Notes: generated by a model not told the origin, from the sequence alone. DNA of 64,000 nt from Spirochaetaceae bacterium (GCA_007695285.1 REEC01000117.1:17431-81430), one strand, 5' to 3'; positions 18,819 to 29,335 are shown, counted from the stretch's first letter. Made by a program: numbers and translations.

Positions 18819-19739
18819 ATGTTGAAACGACTCAACCACGTAATCGACGCGATACACGACTCGTACCTGCAGCTCGGCGTCATCAACCACCTCGACGGAC
18901 CGAAGCTACCGTCACGCGAGAGCGTCGTGAAAATCCTTCGCGACATCGAATCCTTGATTTTCCCCGGATACCGCGAGGATGAGACAATTGTCCGCGAGAA
19001 CATCCGGTACGTGGTGGCCGAGCGGGTAAGCCGCGTCGCAAAAAACCTGACCGAAGAAACGCATCGCAGCCTGTGTTTCCAGCGTCGCCACGAGCTCAAA
19101 CCCCCGTGCGGCGATCGGGACCGCGAAGCGCTGACCTCGGCCTGTTACAAACGGGCCGAGGAAATCGCCCTTTCGTTTGTCGAGTGCATACCCGAGATCC
19201 GCCGCCGGATCAAGCTCGATGTCGAAGCCGCGTTCCAAGGCGACCCGGCGAGTAAATCACGCGAGGAAGTCATTCTCGCGTATCCCGGGGTGGAAGCGGT
19301 GATCGCGCACCGAGTCGCGCACGAACTCTGGATCCGTGACGTCCCGCTTATCCCACGAATGATGAGCGAACATATTCACGGCGAGACCGGCATCGACATC
19401 CATCCGGGCGCGGTAATCGGCGATTCGTTTTTTATCGACCACGCAACGGGCGTCGTAATCGGAGAGACGACGATCATCGGCAAGAACGTCAAGATTTACC
19501 AGGGCGTCACGATTGGCGCGTTAAGCGTGAAGAAAGAGGAAGCGGACAAAAAGCGGCACCCGACGATCGAGGACGACGTGACGATCTACGCGGGAGCCAC
19601 GATTCTCGGAGGAAAAACGGTAATCGGAGAAGGTTCGATTATCGGAGGAAACGTCTGGATCACCGAGTCGGTGCCGCCCGGCAGCAAGATCTACAACAAG
19701 CCAAGCTCGTACGTCCGAAAGGCGCCCGCCGCGGTGTGA
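18819..19739 (+). CDS. cysE: serine O-acetyltransferase (EpsC-type, long form)
   Basis: 'GDPA', 'YPG..A..AHR.AH', 'TGIDIHPGA.IG..FFIDH.TG.VIGET', 'KRHPT'. Confidence 0.93.
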   Translation: MLKRLNHVIDAIHDSYLQLGVINHLDGPKLPSRESVVKILRDIESLIFPGYREDETIVRENIRYVVAERVSRVAKNLTEETHRSLCFQRRHELKPPCGDRDREALTSACYKRAEEIALSFVECIPEIRRRIKLDVEAAFQGDPASKSREEVILAYPGVEAVIAHRVAHELWIRDVPLIPRMMSEHIHGETGIDIHPGAVIGDSFFIDHATGVVIGETTIIGKNVKIYQGVTIGALSVKKEEADKKRHPTIEDDVTIYAGATILGGKTVIGEGSIIGGNVWITESVPPGSKIYNKPSSYVRKAPAAV

Positions 19740-19745
19740 CCGGCG

Positions 19746-20516
19746 CTAACGAGATGCAGTCCTGAGTGGGTACTCCTCGGAGATGTAACTCTGCGCGAAA
19801 CCCTCGAGCCGGCGCACCCAGTCGAGAAACTTGCCCGCCTCGGCTCTTTCGGTGAACGGTCCTATCCGCAGGCGGTAGAACGTCGTTCCATCGACCTCGC
19901 GCGTCGTGATTCGAGTCCCGAGACTGTAATCTTCGAGCAAAACGACTCGAGCCTGTTCGGCGGTATCGCGGTTCGGCGACGAGATCACTTGAATCCAGTA
20001 CTCGGTGACGCGCACTTCACGTGGTGCGGTCGGCTCGGTCGGTCGCGGAGCCGCGGCGGTCGGCGACGGCGCGGAGGGAGCAGCCGTGGTTGGAGCCGGA
20101 GCGCTCGGCGCGGGCGTCGGCACACGGGTCGGAGCCGGAGTCCGGGCTTGCGGCGGAACGGCGGTGACGGGAGGCCGCGCATCGGGACGCGGTTCGGTCA
20201 CCGGCGGCTCGGCAACACGCGGTCGCGGTTCGGCGAGCGCGTCATCGATATCGGCGGCGTCCTCGTCGGTGCCGTAGATGATGAACACGTCGTCCTCGTC
20301 GGTTGTTTCTCTCGAGAAAAGCAACGACTGATCCGGCGAACGCATGTATTGAATTGGGTCGAAGGCCGGCCGGCCGGCATCTCGAGTCGCCAGGTCGGGT
20401 TCCGCGTCCGGACGGGGATAAAACGCCCAGAGACCCACGCCGACCACCAAAGCGACAAAGAGTGTAACGGATGTTATGATCAGAAAGACTCTATTATTTT
20501 CCATCGTATCGTCCAT
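19746..20516 (-). CDS. SPOR-domain cell-division/peptidoglycan-binding protein (TM + Pro-rich linker + SPOR)
   Basis: N-terminal TM, P/A/T-rich linker, 'YWIQV.S...A', 'YRLRIGPF..R.EA'. Confidence 0.85.
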   Translation of the reverse strand: MDDTMENNRVFLIITSVTLFVALVVGVGLWAFYPRPDAEPDLATRDAGRPAFDPIQYMRSPDQSLLFSRETTDEDDVFIIYGTDEDAADIDDALAEPRPRVAEPPVTEPRPDARPPVTAVPPQARTPAPTRVPTPAPSAPAPTTAAPSAPSPTAAAPRPTEPTAPREVRVTEYWIQVISSPNRDTAEQARVVLLEDYSLGTRITTREVDGTTFYRLRIGPFTERAEAGKFLDWVRRLEGFAQSYISEEYPLRTASR

Positions 20517-21102
20517 TTTCCCCGTTGCGAGCGCGTATTACGCCCGGAACCCGCGAGAGACGACTCTCGAGCCGCCGCGCGTTTCCAGTGTTTCGCACAG
20601 TATAAATATCGACACTCGACGACGAGAGTTGAGCGGCCAAATCGGTCTGCGATCTCATTCTTTGCCGGACCGCACCGAGCGAAAGACCGTCGCGTTTCAT
20701 CGCCCGAAAAACCCGGACGACGAGTGGCGCTGAGACCCAGATAACGCGGTCGCAGATCGCGTCGAGACGCATCCGAAACAACAGAGCCGCGTTCACGACG
20801 GAGTCGCGCGCTGTTCTGGACTCTTCGATCACAATCTCGACCATGCGCGGATGCACGATGTCCTCGAGCGCGCGCAACTCGGCGGAGTCGGCAAACACGA
20901 TGCGCCCAAGCGCTTTGCGGTCGATGCCACCCGTCGGATGCCGAATCTCCGGGCCGAATCGGTCGACGACTCTGTCCTCGAGTTCGGCAAGGGCCCGATG
21001 TCCAACCGCGTCAACGTCGATATGCAGGTATCCGTGCGCCGCGAGTATCTCGGCGACCGTGGTTTTTCCCGCGCAGTACCTACCCGTAACACCGATGGTC
21101 AC
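20494..21102 (-). CDS. coaE: dephospho-CoA kinase
   Basis: 'IGVTG...AGKTT', 'IDRKALGRIVF', 'LEDIVHP'; directly downstream of polA. Confidence 0.92.
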   Translation of the reverse strand: MTIGVTGRYCAGKTTVAEILAAHGYLHIDVDAVGHRALAELEDRVVDRFGPEIRHPTGGIDRKALGRIVFADSAELRALEDIVHPRMVEIVIEESRTARDSVVNAALLFRMRLDAICDRVIWVSAPLVVRVFRAMKRDGLSLGAVRQRMRSQTDLAAQLSSSSVDIYTVRNTGNARRLESRLSRVPGVIRARNGENGRYDGK

Positions 21103-23897
21103 GAGTGGAAAGCTCCCCAGTCTTTTCCGATCTCGATGCTCACGCGCAGAGGAACATCGAGTTCGACCGCGTGTGTCATCTCGTGTTCGACGAGAAGCGC
21201 GGTCTCGTGCGCCTCGTCGTCGGGCGCCTCGAGTATCAACTCATCGTGAACCTGGAGGATCAGGCGCGACTTCCGCTTCTCGTCGGACAGGCGCGCGGCG
21301 ATCCTGAGCATCGCGACTTTCACGATGTCCGCGGCGCTTCCCTGGATCGGCGTGTTGACGGCGGTGCGCTCAGCCGCCATTTTTACGGTCTTGTTCCGGT
21401 TGTTGATCTCGTGGATGCGTCGTTCGTGGCCGAGAATTGTCTTGACGTACCCGTTCTTCTCGGCACCGCGCACGGTGTTATCGATAAACTCGCGAATCTT
21501 CGCGTACTTCGTGAAGTACGCGTCGATGAAGCCCGCCGCGTCCGCGCGGGATATCCCCAACTCGTTTGAGAGCCGAAACGCGGACATGCCGTACATCACG
21601 CCGAAGTTGATCGTCTTCGCGATACGCCGCTGCTCGGCGGTGACATCGTCGATCTCGAGCCCAAAAATAAGCGACGCGGTCGTCTTGTGAACGTCGATGT
21701 TGTTCGCAAACGCGTCGCGTAACGCGGGATCGCCCGAGAGGTGCGCGAGCACGACGAGCTCGATCTGCGCGTAATCCGCCGTGACGAAGCTCCAGCCGTG
21801 ATCCGACACGAACGCGGACCGGATCCTCCGGCCTTCCTCGTCGCGAATCGGAATGTTCTGAAGGTTCGGCTCGATGCTCGAGAGTCGCCCGGTCGCGGTG
21901 CCGGTAACGTTGAAGTTGGTATGGATCCTTCCGGTTCGTGGATTGACGAGTTTCGGGAGCGAATCGACGTACGTCGACTTGAGTTTTGAGAGCAATCGGT
22001 GACGGAGAACCTTTTCGGGCACGGGATCCTCGTGCGCGAGCTGCTGCAGCACCGCGGTGTCGGTCGAGTACCCGGTCTTCGTCTTCTTCACGGGCGTGAG
22101 TTTCCGGTCCTCGAACAGGACCTCCTGCAGCTGCTTTGTGGATGCCAGGTTGAACTCGCGGCCGCAGAGGCGGTACACCTCCGCCTGAAGCCCGTCGAGA
22201 AGCGCCTCGAGTTCGAGTCCGTACTGCTCGAGCACGCCCGGGGAGAGCGCGATGCCCGCGAGTTCCATCTCGGCGAGAATCGGCACGAGCGGCATCTCGA
22301 GCTCACGAAAAACACGATCGAGCCCCCGTTCGGCGAGTTTCTTTGATAACTCGCCGTACAGCCGAAACGTCACGTCCGCGTCCTCGGCCGCGTATCGCGT
22401 CGCGACGTCGAGTGGGACCTCGTCGAACGTCGCGTCCTTGCGTGGGACCACGTCGGAAAAGCGAATCGTACGGTACGAAAGGTACTGCTCCGCAAGGCGA
22501 TCCATGTTGTACGTGTTCGCGGTGCTGTCGATCAGCCACGCGGCGATCATCGTGTCGAACACGCGCCCGGTTGGTCGCACGCCCCACCGGGCCAAGACCT
22601 TGTAGTCGTACTTGAAATTCTGACCGACGATCGTGAGTTCGGGGTTCGCGAGTAACTCGCGAAGACACTGTTTCACTTCGTCGGCTTCGAGCACCGGGCC
22701 GTCGGGGCCACGGATCGGAATGTAACACGCCGAGTCCGCCTCGAACGCGAGCGAGAATCCGACCGGCTCGGCCGAGACCGGGTTGATATCGTCGGTCTCC
22801 GAATCGAACGCAAACGTTCCGGCCTGTTTGGCGCGGGCAACCCAGTCACGAAGCTCAGAGATCGAAGTGAGCATCACAAGATCGGCCGCCCGGTCATCGA
22901 TCGTCTCGAGATGATCGGGGAGTTCGGCGGTCGAAGGGGTTTCGGCACCGCCCTCCGGGACCGGCGACGCTTCCTCTTCCGGCCCGGCCGGCGCGGACGG
23001 CCGGTACCGGTTGTACTCGCTCGCGACGCTTTTCATGCCTTCGCGCATAAGAATTTCGGCGGCGGCGGGGCCGTCTATGGCGTCAAGAGTGAGCTCGTCG
23101 AACTCGAGCGGGAGTTCAACATCGGTCTCGAGCGTGATCAAGTCCCGACTGAGGTACGCGTTCTCGCGCCCTTCTTCGAGTTTTTTTCGACGCGATCCCG
23201 TGATCGTCTCGAGGTTTTCGTACACCGCGTCGAGCGTCGTGAACTGCTCGAGCAGAGCGACGGCGGTCTTGTCACCGATACCCTTCACGCCCGGGACGTT
23301 GTCCGACGAGTCGCCGACGAGCGACAGATAATCGAGGATCTGTTCGGGATAGACCGACCAATCATCGAACACCTCGGTGCGCGTAAGCTCACGAAAGCCG
23401 TCGCGATCGGGGCGTAGGATTCGGACCGGCTCGTCGACGAGTTGAAGCAGATCCTTGTCGCCCGAGATGATGAAACACGGAGTACCGTCGGCACGACACC
23501 GCGTCGCGAGCGTTGCCATGATGTCGTCGGCTTCCATACCGTCGATCCGCAGCATCGGAACTTTCAAAGCCGTGAGCACCTCCTCGATGACGGGAATCTG
23601 CTCGCGGAGGTCGTCGGGCGCTTTTTCGCGCGTGGCCTTGTACTCGGGGTATTTTTCGTGACGAAATGTCGGCGTTTTCGAGTCGAGCGCGACGGCGAAG
23701 TGAGACGGACGACGCGTCTGAAGGATAGACAACAGCGTCCGGAAGAACCCGAACACCGCCGAGATGTTCCTACCGTCGGGATTCCGGAGTGGATTGCGCA
23801 TAAACGCGAAATATGTCCGGTAGATCAAGCTGTACCCGTCAAGCAGGTACAGCGCTGTACGTTCGTCGTCCGGAGCGCCGGCGGGATTCTCGGACAT
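21099..23897 (-). CDS. polA: DNA polymerase I
   Basis: 5'-3' exonuclease 'LLDG.SL.YR', 'EADD', 'GDSSDN.PGVKGIG.KTA'; 3'-5' exonuclease 'FDSET'; polymerase 'DYAQIEL', 'AKTINFG.MYG', 'QVHDEL'. Confidence 0.98.
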   Translation of the reverse strand: MSENPAGAPDDERTALYLLDGYSLIYRTYFAFMRNPLRNPDGRNISAVFGFFRTLLSILQTRRPSHFAVALDSKTPTFRHEKYPEYKATREKAPDDLREQIPVIEEVLTALKVPMLRIDGMEADDIMATLATRCRADGTPCFIISGDKDLLQLVDEPVRILRPDRDGFRELTRTEVFDDWSVYPEQILDYLSLVGDSSDNVPGVKGIGDKTAVALLEQFTTLDAVYENLETITGSRRKKLEEGRENAYLSRDLITLETDVELPLEFDELTLDAIDGPAAAEILMREGMKSVASEYNRYRPSAPAGPEEEASPVPEGGAETPSTAELPDHLETIDDRAADLVMLTSISELRDWVARAKQAGTFAFDSETDDINPVSAEPVGFSLAFEADSACYIPIRGPDGPVLEADEVKQCLRELLANPELTIVGQNFKYDYKVLARWGVRPTGRVFDTMIAAWLIDSTANTYNMDRLAEQYLSYRTIRFSDVVPRKDATFDEVPLDVATRYAAEDADVTFRLYGELSKKLAERGLDRVFRELEMPLVPILAEMELAGIALSPGVLEQYGLELEALLDGLQAEVYRLCGREFNLASTKQLQEVLFEDRKLTPVKKTKTGYSTDTAVLQQLAHEDPVPEKVLRHRLLSKLKSTYVDSLPKLVNPRTGRIHTNFNVTGTATGRLSSIEPNLQNIPIRDEEGRRIRSAFVSDHGWSFVTADYAQIELVVLAHLSGDPALRDAFANNIDVHKTTASLIFGLEIDDVTAEQRRIAKTINFGVMYGMSAFRLSNELGISRADAAGFIDAYFTKYAKIREFIDNTVRGAEKNGYVKTILGHERRIHEINNRNKTVKMAAERTAVNTPIQGSAADIVKVAMLRIAARLSDEKRKSRLILQVHDELILEAPDDEAHETALLVEHEMTHAVELDVPLRVSIEIGKDWGAFHS

Positions 23898-23898
23898 G

Positions 23899-24363
23899 TC
23901 AGCCCGTCACATCGAACAGACTCGGGTCGTCGGCCGCATCGCTCAGCCAACGACCCGCGGGGACGCGAAGCTCCGAAAGTTCGAGACGCGTCGCGGTCAT
24001 TCGGTCGCGCAAGAGGGCTCGGTTCCGCGCGGTGCGTTCACGAACGCGTTCGTGCATCCGATCGAGCGACTCGCGCAGCGCCGGTATATCCGGGACGTCG
24101 AGATCGGTCGACTCGGTGTACATCGCTTCGAGTGGAGCGATCACGCGGCGCAACGCGAGGATCTCCGCGACGATCCTCTGCTCGATGCCGATGTGCTGTT
24201 CGAGCTTGTCGATATCGCCGTTCACGATCGCGGCTTCCTCGTGTTCGAGCAGCAAAAGGTACTCGGAGAACGAAGCGCGCAGGCGCTCGAGCAGCGCCCG
24301 TAGCCGCGTAACAACGGCTTCGTTGTGAGAGAACGGCGCGGTCCGGGGTTGGTTTTCGTTCAC
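23899..24363 (-). CDS. flgN: FlgN-like flagellar export chaperone
   Basis: Helical 'Y..LLE.EE.AI..GD..KL', 'N.ALL'; directly downstream of fliS; GTG start after SD GAGG. Confidence 0.65.
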   Translation of the reverse strand: MNENQPRTAPFSHNEAVVTRLRALLERLRASFSEYLLLLEHEEAAIVNGDIDKLEQHIGIEQRIVAEILALRRVIAPLEAMYTESTDLDVPDIPALRESLDRMHERVRERTARNRALLRDRMTATRLELSELRVPAGRWLSDAADDPSLFDVTG

Positions 24364-24373
24364 GGTCGGATCC

Positions 24374-24796
24374 TCATCCGTTGATGTTGATGCCGCGATA
24401 CTCGGAGGTAACGCTGCTCGTTGCGGCGATCTGCTCCCACGCGTCACGCAGTTCGGCGAGCAACTCACGGACAGCGACCATCGGTGCCGGGTCCTTCTTC
24501 ACGTTTGCGTCCATGAGCTGTTCACGGAAAAAAAGGTACAGCCGGAACAGATTCGCGGAGATCTCGCCACCTTTCTCGAAGTCGAGCGACGCCATGAGCT
24601 CGGTCACGACATCCTGGGCTTTGACGATCGCATTGTGGACGACGTCGAGCTGCCGCGTCTGCGCCTCCAAGGCGGTTGAAGCCGCATCGATCTGCCGAAT
24701 CGCCTCGTCGTACAGCATCACGATGATGCGGCCTTGCGACGCCGTGCGAACGCGCGCCTCTTTATAAGCATGAACGGGATTGTTGTTGTACGCCAT
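24374..24796 (-). CDS. fliS: flagellin export chaperone FliS
   Basis: 'AY....V.TAS...IVMLYDEAI', 'KAQD...EL..SLD..GGEI..NL..LY', 'LRDAW'. Confidence 0.95.
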   Translation of the reverse strand: MAYNNNPVHAYKEARVRTASQGRIIVMLYDEAIRQIDAASTALEAQTRQLDVVHNAIVKAQDVVTELMASLDFEKGGEISANLFRLYLFFREQLMDANVKKDPAPMVAVRELLAELRDAWEQIAATSSVTSEYRGINING

Positions 24797-24821
24797 CGTT
24801 TCCTTCCTCAATTCTACACCC

Positions 24822-27122
24822 TCACCGCACCCGATCGATCAACTCGGATACGGGCACGATCGAGTACCCTCGATCGAGTAACGCGTTGATCAACACGTCC
24901 AATCGATGAAAAAGGTAGTCATCGCGCCCTGCGTCCCTCGTCCCTTCGCCGGGAATTCCCACCGTCATCGAGACGATCGATCCCGGTTTCTTTTCTTCGA
25001 CGATACGTTCGATGAGATGCGCCGTCGGCGCGTATAACCGCGATACACCACCTTCGTCGCGTCGAGCTACCCAATCGAGACTGTCGACGTCACGGCCGAC
25101 GTACGTATAGTTCACGTCTCTCGATGCGCGGATTATCTCGGGACTCACGAAGTAGTACGGCGCGTGCCATAAGAGCGACAGTTCCTGGCCGGTTACATCG
25201 TAGTACTCGTCCTCGGTTCGGGCAAGCCCCTGTTTGACGAAATCGCGCGTGATTTGAAAACGCGAGTCGGTCATGTCGAAGTGCGTGAAAAAAAGCGAGC
25301 CGATCTCGTGACCCGATCCGGCGATTTCGCGCACCGCACCCGGATGACTCCGGATAAAATCACCGTTCAAGAAGAACGTCGCGGTGATGCCGTACTCGGA
25401 CAGCGTCTTGAGGATCTCGGTCAACCCGTCGACGGACTCGATCGCGTTGAACACAAACGCGACCTCACGGCGCCGAATTCGTGAGCCGTGGATGAAGTTC
25501 GTGAGATCGACCGGATCGTCGCGGTCAGGGAAAGGCTCGTACCGTCGTTCGGGTGGAAGAAACAGCGGTTCGGTTCCGATTCCGTCGATCATCCGCACCA
25601 TGACTTTGTTCTGGTAACTTCCGGAGCCGATCGTCTCGAGGTAGACACGGTACGTCGATGAAGCCACTCGGGGCTCGGCCACGTCGTACGCGGCAACTTC
25701 ACGGAAGGTACCACTCTCGGTATCGTACGCGCGGATCACTCCGTCAGTCTCGACGTGAACCGCGCCATCGGCGGCGACGCCGTACCGCTCGATCTGCGAG
25801 TACGCCAGGTGACGGCGGTCGGCCGCCCCCCCGCGAAGCGTCACGACCTCCGATCTCTCGCTTCCGAGCACGACAAGCGAGTCCGACGATCGCCACAACA
25901 CGTGCAGCGGTTCGGCGTGCCGAATTCGCGCGACTTCTCGCCACGTTTCATACTCGCGCACGACGACTTCGTTCGCCTCGAGAACCGCGATTCGCGTCTG
26001 ATCAGGCGACAAAACAATGGCTCGCACGTTGGTGTCCTCGAGGCGCTCGAATCTGAGTTCGTCGCGATACGACTCGAGCTCCAGCCGATACAGAGTTGTC
26101 GAGCTTTCACCGCGAACCAGGCTCCCGGCCGTGACCGTCGCGATACCGCTTTCCGACCACACGACGTCGTGAATCCGTGTGTTACGCGGCAGAAAAAGGT
26201 ACGGCAGCGAGATAATTCTCCCTGTCGACTCGAAGTCATCCTGGTACAGGTAGTACAGGAAGAGGTTTCGGCCACCGATACCGACCATTATCGTTTGACC
26301 GTCGGGAGCGATCCAGAACTGATCGAAGTTCGGATCAAAAGTGAACGGGATCTTGCCGATCACGCGGCCGATCTTGAGCAGATCCTGGTACAACGAGCGC
26401 GTGAAGAACTCGACCGGGAGTATTCGATACACGAACGATCCCGTCACGTAGTACAGCGTGTTATCTTCGCCCCACCGCACGTTGCGGATATCACCGTCGC
26501 CGACCCTGCGCAACTCTTCGGCGAGATCGCGCGTATCGCGTCGCTGAGTGAGCGCGTAGTAGTAGATTCCCCCGTCGTACGAGTACAGGAAGTAATCGCT
26601 TCCGGGCGCCCAGGAAACCGGTGGCCCGTCGAGAGTGAACTCGACGCGCTCGGCGACCGTGACGCGAGTGCCGCTCTCAAGATCGTGCAGGATCAAGGCG
26701 CCGTACGCGGGAGAACTCTGCTCGACGGAGATCACGTACCGGCCGTCAGGCGATGTCCGGTACGGCTGCAGCTTCCCGGCGTTTACCTGCGCACCGTCGA
26801 CGAACGCCGGAAAACCCGACACCGCCTCGAATCGCGTCATCTCGCGATCGCTTCGGAACAGCCCGAACCGATTGTGCAGTTGAACCCGCCCGTCGATCAA
26901 CTCGGCCTTTTCGGGAAAGAAACTCAATTGTTTCAACTCCCTCTCGTCCAGCGACGCTGCGAACAACGTGCCGTACCGACCCAAACTCGGCAGTTCGAGT
27001 TCCGCCGTCACGAGAAGGACGTTGTCGGCCGAGAGGTTCAGACCGGTAAACCGAACGTCGGCGCCGGCGACGACTACGAACGCGAGACACAACGCTGCAA
27101 TGGCGATAACTCTTTTCAACAC
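24822..27122 (-). CDS. exported beta-propeller + C-terminal polysaccharide deacetylase (NodB-like) domain protein
   Basis: GTG start after AGGGAG followed by a signal peptide; 'SPDG' propeller repeats; C-terminal 'ATFFLNG', 'GHEIG', 'APY', 'DSLDW', 'PGSIV', 'GY..V.VSEL'. Confidence 0.75.
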   Translation of the reverse strand: MLKRVIAIAALCLAFVVVAGADVRFTGLNLSADNVLLVTAELELPSLGRYGTLFAASLDERELKQLSFFPEKAELIDGRVQLHNRFGLFRSDREMTRFEAVSGFPAFVDGAQVNAGKLQPYRTSPDGRYVISVEQSSPAYGALILHDLESGTRVTVAERVEFTLDGPPVSWAPGSDYFLYSYDGGIYYYALTQRRDTRDLAEELRRVGDGDIRNVRWGEDNTLYYVTGSFVYRILPVEFFTRSLYQDLLKIGRVIGKIPFTFDPNFDQFWIAPDGQTIMVGIGGRNLFLYYLYQDDFESTGRIISLPYLFLPRNTRIHDVVWSESGIATVTAGSLVRGESSTTLYRLELESYRDELRFERLEDTNVRAIVLSPDQTRIAVLEANEVVVREYETWREVARIRHAEPLHVLWRSSDSLVVLGSERSEVVTLRGGAADRRHLAYSQIERYGVAADGAVHVETDGVIRAYDTESGTFREVAAYDVAEPRVASSTYRVYLETIGSGSYQNKVMVRMIDGIGTEPLFLPPERRYEPFPDRDDPVDLTNFIHGSRIRRREVAFVFNAIESVDGLTEILKTLSEYGITATFFLNGDFIRSHPGAVREIAGSGHEIGSLFFTHFDMTDSRFQITRDFVKQGLARTEDEYYDVTGQELSLLWHAPYYFVSPEIIRASRDVNYTYVGRDVDSLDWVARRDEGGVSRLYAPTAHLIERIVEEKKPGSIVSMTVGIPGEGTRDAGRDDYLFHRLDVLINALLDRGYSIVPVSELIDRVR

Positions 27123-27232
27123 GTTGCTCCCTATCTTGTTTCTCTTTACTTGTCGGCACATGGCGGCAAAAATTGATCGTTCGGTCGCCCTAGCTCGTCG
27201 AGCTCGCACTCGTGGATCAGACATACCCTTCA

Positions 27233-27261
27233 ACTATAGCGCCGATTCGAACCGGAAGCAA
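27233..27261 (-). promoter_or_regulatory. sigma70 promoter upstream of the deacetylase-fliS-flgN-polA-coaE-SPOR run
   Basis: Minus strand TTGCTT (27261-27256), 17-nt spacer, TATAGT (27238-27233). Confidence 0.6.
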
Positions 27262-27279
27262 GAAATCCATGAATGGGGG

Positions 27280-28017
27280 TCAAGTAGCCTTGTTCGGTCG
27301 GGTCACGAGGATTTGGTGTCTCGCGTCGGGTCCGAACTGCGTTCCGTCGTAATCGCCGTACCTCTCGATGATCGAGAAGCCGTTGAGTTCGCAGACAGCC
27401 TCGAGCTCGCGCGGGTAGAACACCCGCAGAGTAAAGCTCCGCGAGATCGTCTCGTCATCGAGCTCGAAGTACCACGTGATATCGTCGAGCTGTGTCGCGG
27501 CGCAGTACCGCGACGACTCGAACACCTCGACCGGTTTGCCGTGCCACTCAAACGAGTCGACCGCGAAAAGCGCCTCGGACTCGCGGGCGAGTCTCGTCGG
27601 GTCGGGAACGTGTACGTGAATCACGAATACCCCACCGGGCGCCAAGCTGCGGCGCACCGACTCGAAACACGCTGAGACGTCGTCGTTAGTCGCGAGATGA
27701 CAGAACGAGTTGAACGGGAAAACGATCGTCGAAAAGAGCTCGTCGTACGCGAATCGCCGAACGTCCGCGCGCTCGAATCGCGCGTGAGATGAGCGGCACC
27801 TCTCGGTGGCGACCGAGAGCATCGTGTCCGAGGTATCGATGCCCGTCACGGTGTATCCGGCATCGGCGATTGCAGACGCAACACGCCCGGTCCCACACCC
27901 GAGTTCGAGCACGGGCGCGCCGAAACGCGCGACGATACGCAGGTACAGCTCGATATCGTCGGTGAACTCGGCGTGTTGGGCCGCGTACAACTCCGCGAGA
28001 TCGTAGATGCCCGGCAC
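27280..28017 (-). CDS. class I SAM-dependent methyltransferase
   Basis: 'VLELGCGTGR', 'GID.S..ML', 'L.PGG.F'. Confidence 0.9.
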   Translation of the reverse strand: MPGIYDLAELYAAQHAEFTDDIELYLRIVARFGAPVLELGCGTGRVASAIADAGYTVTGIDTSDTMLSVATERCRSSHARFERADVRRFAYDELFSTIVFPFNSFCHLATNDDVSACFESVRRSLAPGGVFVIHVHVPDPTRLARESEALFAVDSFEWHGKPVEVFESSRYCAATQLDDITWYFELDDETISRSFTLRVFYPRELEAVCELNGFSIIERYGDYDGTQFGPDARHQILVTRPNKAT

Positions 28018-28019
28018 GC

Positions 28020-29321
28020 TCAGAGAATCTCCGCCGCCAACTCGGCGAGACGGCTGCGCTCGGAACGTTGCAGAGTGACGTGACCGAAAAGATCCTGGCC
28101 CTTGAACGCTTCAACCAGAAACGACAACCCATTCGAGCCCGCGTCGAGGTACGGCGAGTCGATCTGATACGGGTCGCCCGTCAGCACGACCTTTGAACCG
28201 TCGCCCGCGCGTGAGACGATCGTTTTCACCTCGTGCGGCGAGAGGTTTTGCGCTTCGTCGATGATTATGAATTGGTTCGGAAGAGACCGTCCGCGGATGT
28301 ACGTGAGCGCCTCGAGCTCGATGACGCGCGTGTTGATCAGTTGTTCGGCGTTCTTGATGTTGTGTTTCTTGTACACCGAGAGAATGTACTCGAGGTTGTC
28401 AAAAAGCGGTTGCATCCAGTGCGACAACTTATCGTTCTTGCCGCCCGGCAGATATCCGATGTCCTTGCCGAGCGGGATCACGGGGCGGGAGACAAGAACC
28501 CGCGAGTACCGCTGGTCCTCGAGCGTCATTTTGAGACCGGACGCGATCGCCATTAGGGTTTTCCCGGTTCCTGCTTTTCCGACGAGCGTCACGAGCGCCA
28601 CCCGTTCGTCGAGAAGAACGTCGAACGCCATGCGTTGCTCATCGTTCATCGGTCGGACACCCGCGACCGACGGCATTTTATGATCGACGTACGCGAGCTC
28701 GGCACGATCGGCGTCGAATCGCGTCAAGAGGCGCTCTTCGTTCTGCTTGTTCCTCAACATCACGAAGTGGTTAGCGGGAAGAGAATCCGACCACGGCAGA
28801 GCCTTGGTCTCCCTGAGAATCCGGATATTCTCGTAACTCGCATCGATCTCCGAGAATCCCGAGTACAACTTCTCGATATTGACCTTCTGGCGCTCGTAAT
28901 CGACGGCTTTGATTCCCAGCGCGGTCGCTTTGACGCGCGCGTTTATGTCCTTCGAGACGAAAAAAACCCGTTTCCCTTGCTGCTGGATCTCGTACGCGGT
29001 CAGGATAATCTTGTTGTCGGGAGTATCCTCGAGGATTCCGAACGGTACGTTACGCGCGTGGCTCATCATCACGCGGAGAATCGATCCGTTCTCGATCTTA
29101 ACGCCTTCACTGAGGCTGCCGTGCCTGCGCGACTCGTCGAGAAAACGGATCGCGCGCCGCGCGTTCCGTCCACGCTCGTCGCTGTACGTCTTCAGGTTGT
29201 CGAGTTCCTCGAGAACCCAGAGCGGAACGACAACCTCGTTGTCGCGGAAACTCAGAATCGCGTCGGGGCGATGGATCAGAACGTTGGTGTCGATTACAAA
29301 AGTCTTGAGTTCTTTCTTCAT
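28020..29321 (-). CDS. PIN-PhoH (PhoH2/YlaK-type) RNase-ATPase
   Basis: PIN 'FVIDTNVL', 'VLEELD', 'SKDINAR.KA'; PhoH 'GKAGTGKT', 'RGRS', 'IIDEAQN', 'GD..QID'. Confidence 0.92.
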   Translation of the reverse strand: MKKELKTFVIDTNVLIHRPDAILSFRDNEVVVPLWVLEELDNLKTYSDERGRNARRAIRFLDESRRHGSLSEGVKIENGSILRVMMSHARNVPFGILEDTPDNKIILTAYEIQQQGKRVFFVSKDINARVKATALGIKAVDYERQKVNIEKLYSGFSEIDASYENIRILRETKALPWSDSLPANHFVMLRNKQNEERLLTRFDADRAELAYVDHKMPSVAGVRPMNDEQRMAFDVLLDERVALVTLVGKAGTGKTLMAIASGLKMTLEDQRYSRVLVSRPVIPLGKDIGYLPGGKNDKLSHWMQPLFDNLEYILSVYKKHNIKNAEQLINTRVIELEALTYIRGRSLPNQFIIIDEAQNLSPHEVKTIVSRAGDGSKVVLTGDPYQIDSPYLDAGSNGLSFLVEAFKGQDLFGHVTLQRSERSRLAELAAEIL

Positions 29322-29335
29322 GCTTTTCCCGTCGC

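Noticed and set aside
19746-24796. Flagellar chaperone genes linked to polA-coaE-SPOR as a novelty
   Set aside because: I recall this order being conserved in spirochaetes, so it was used as a taxonomic hint only.
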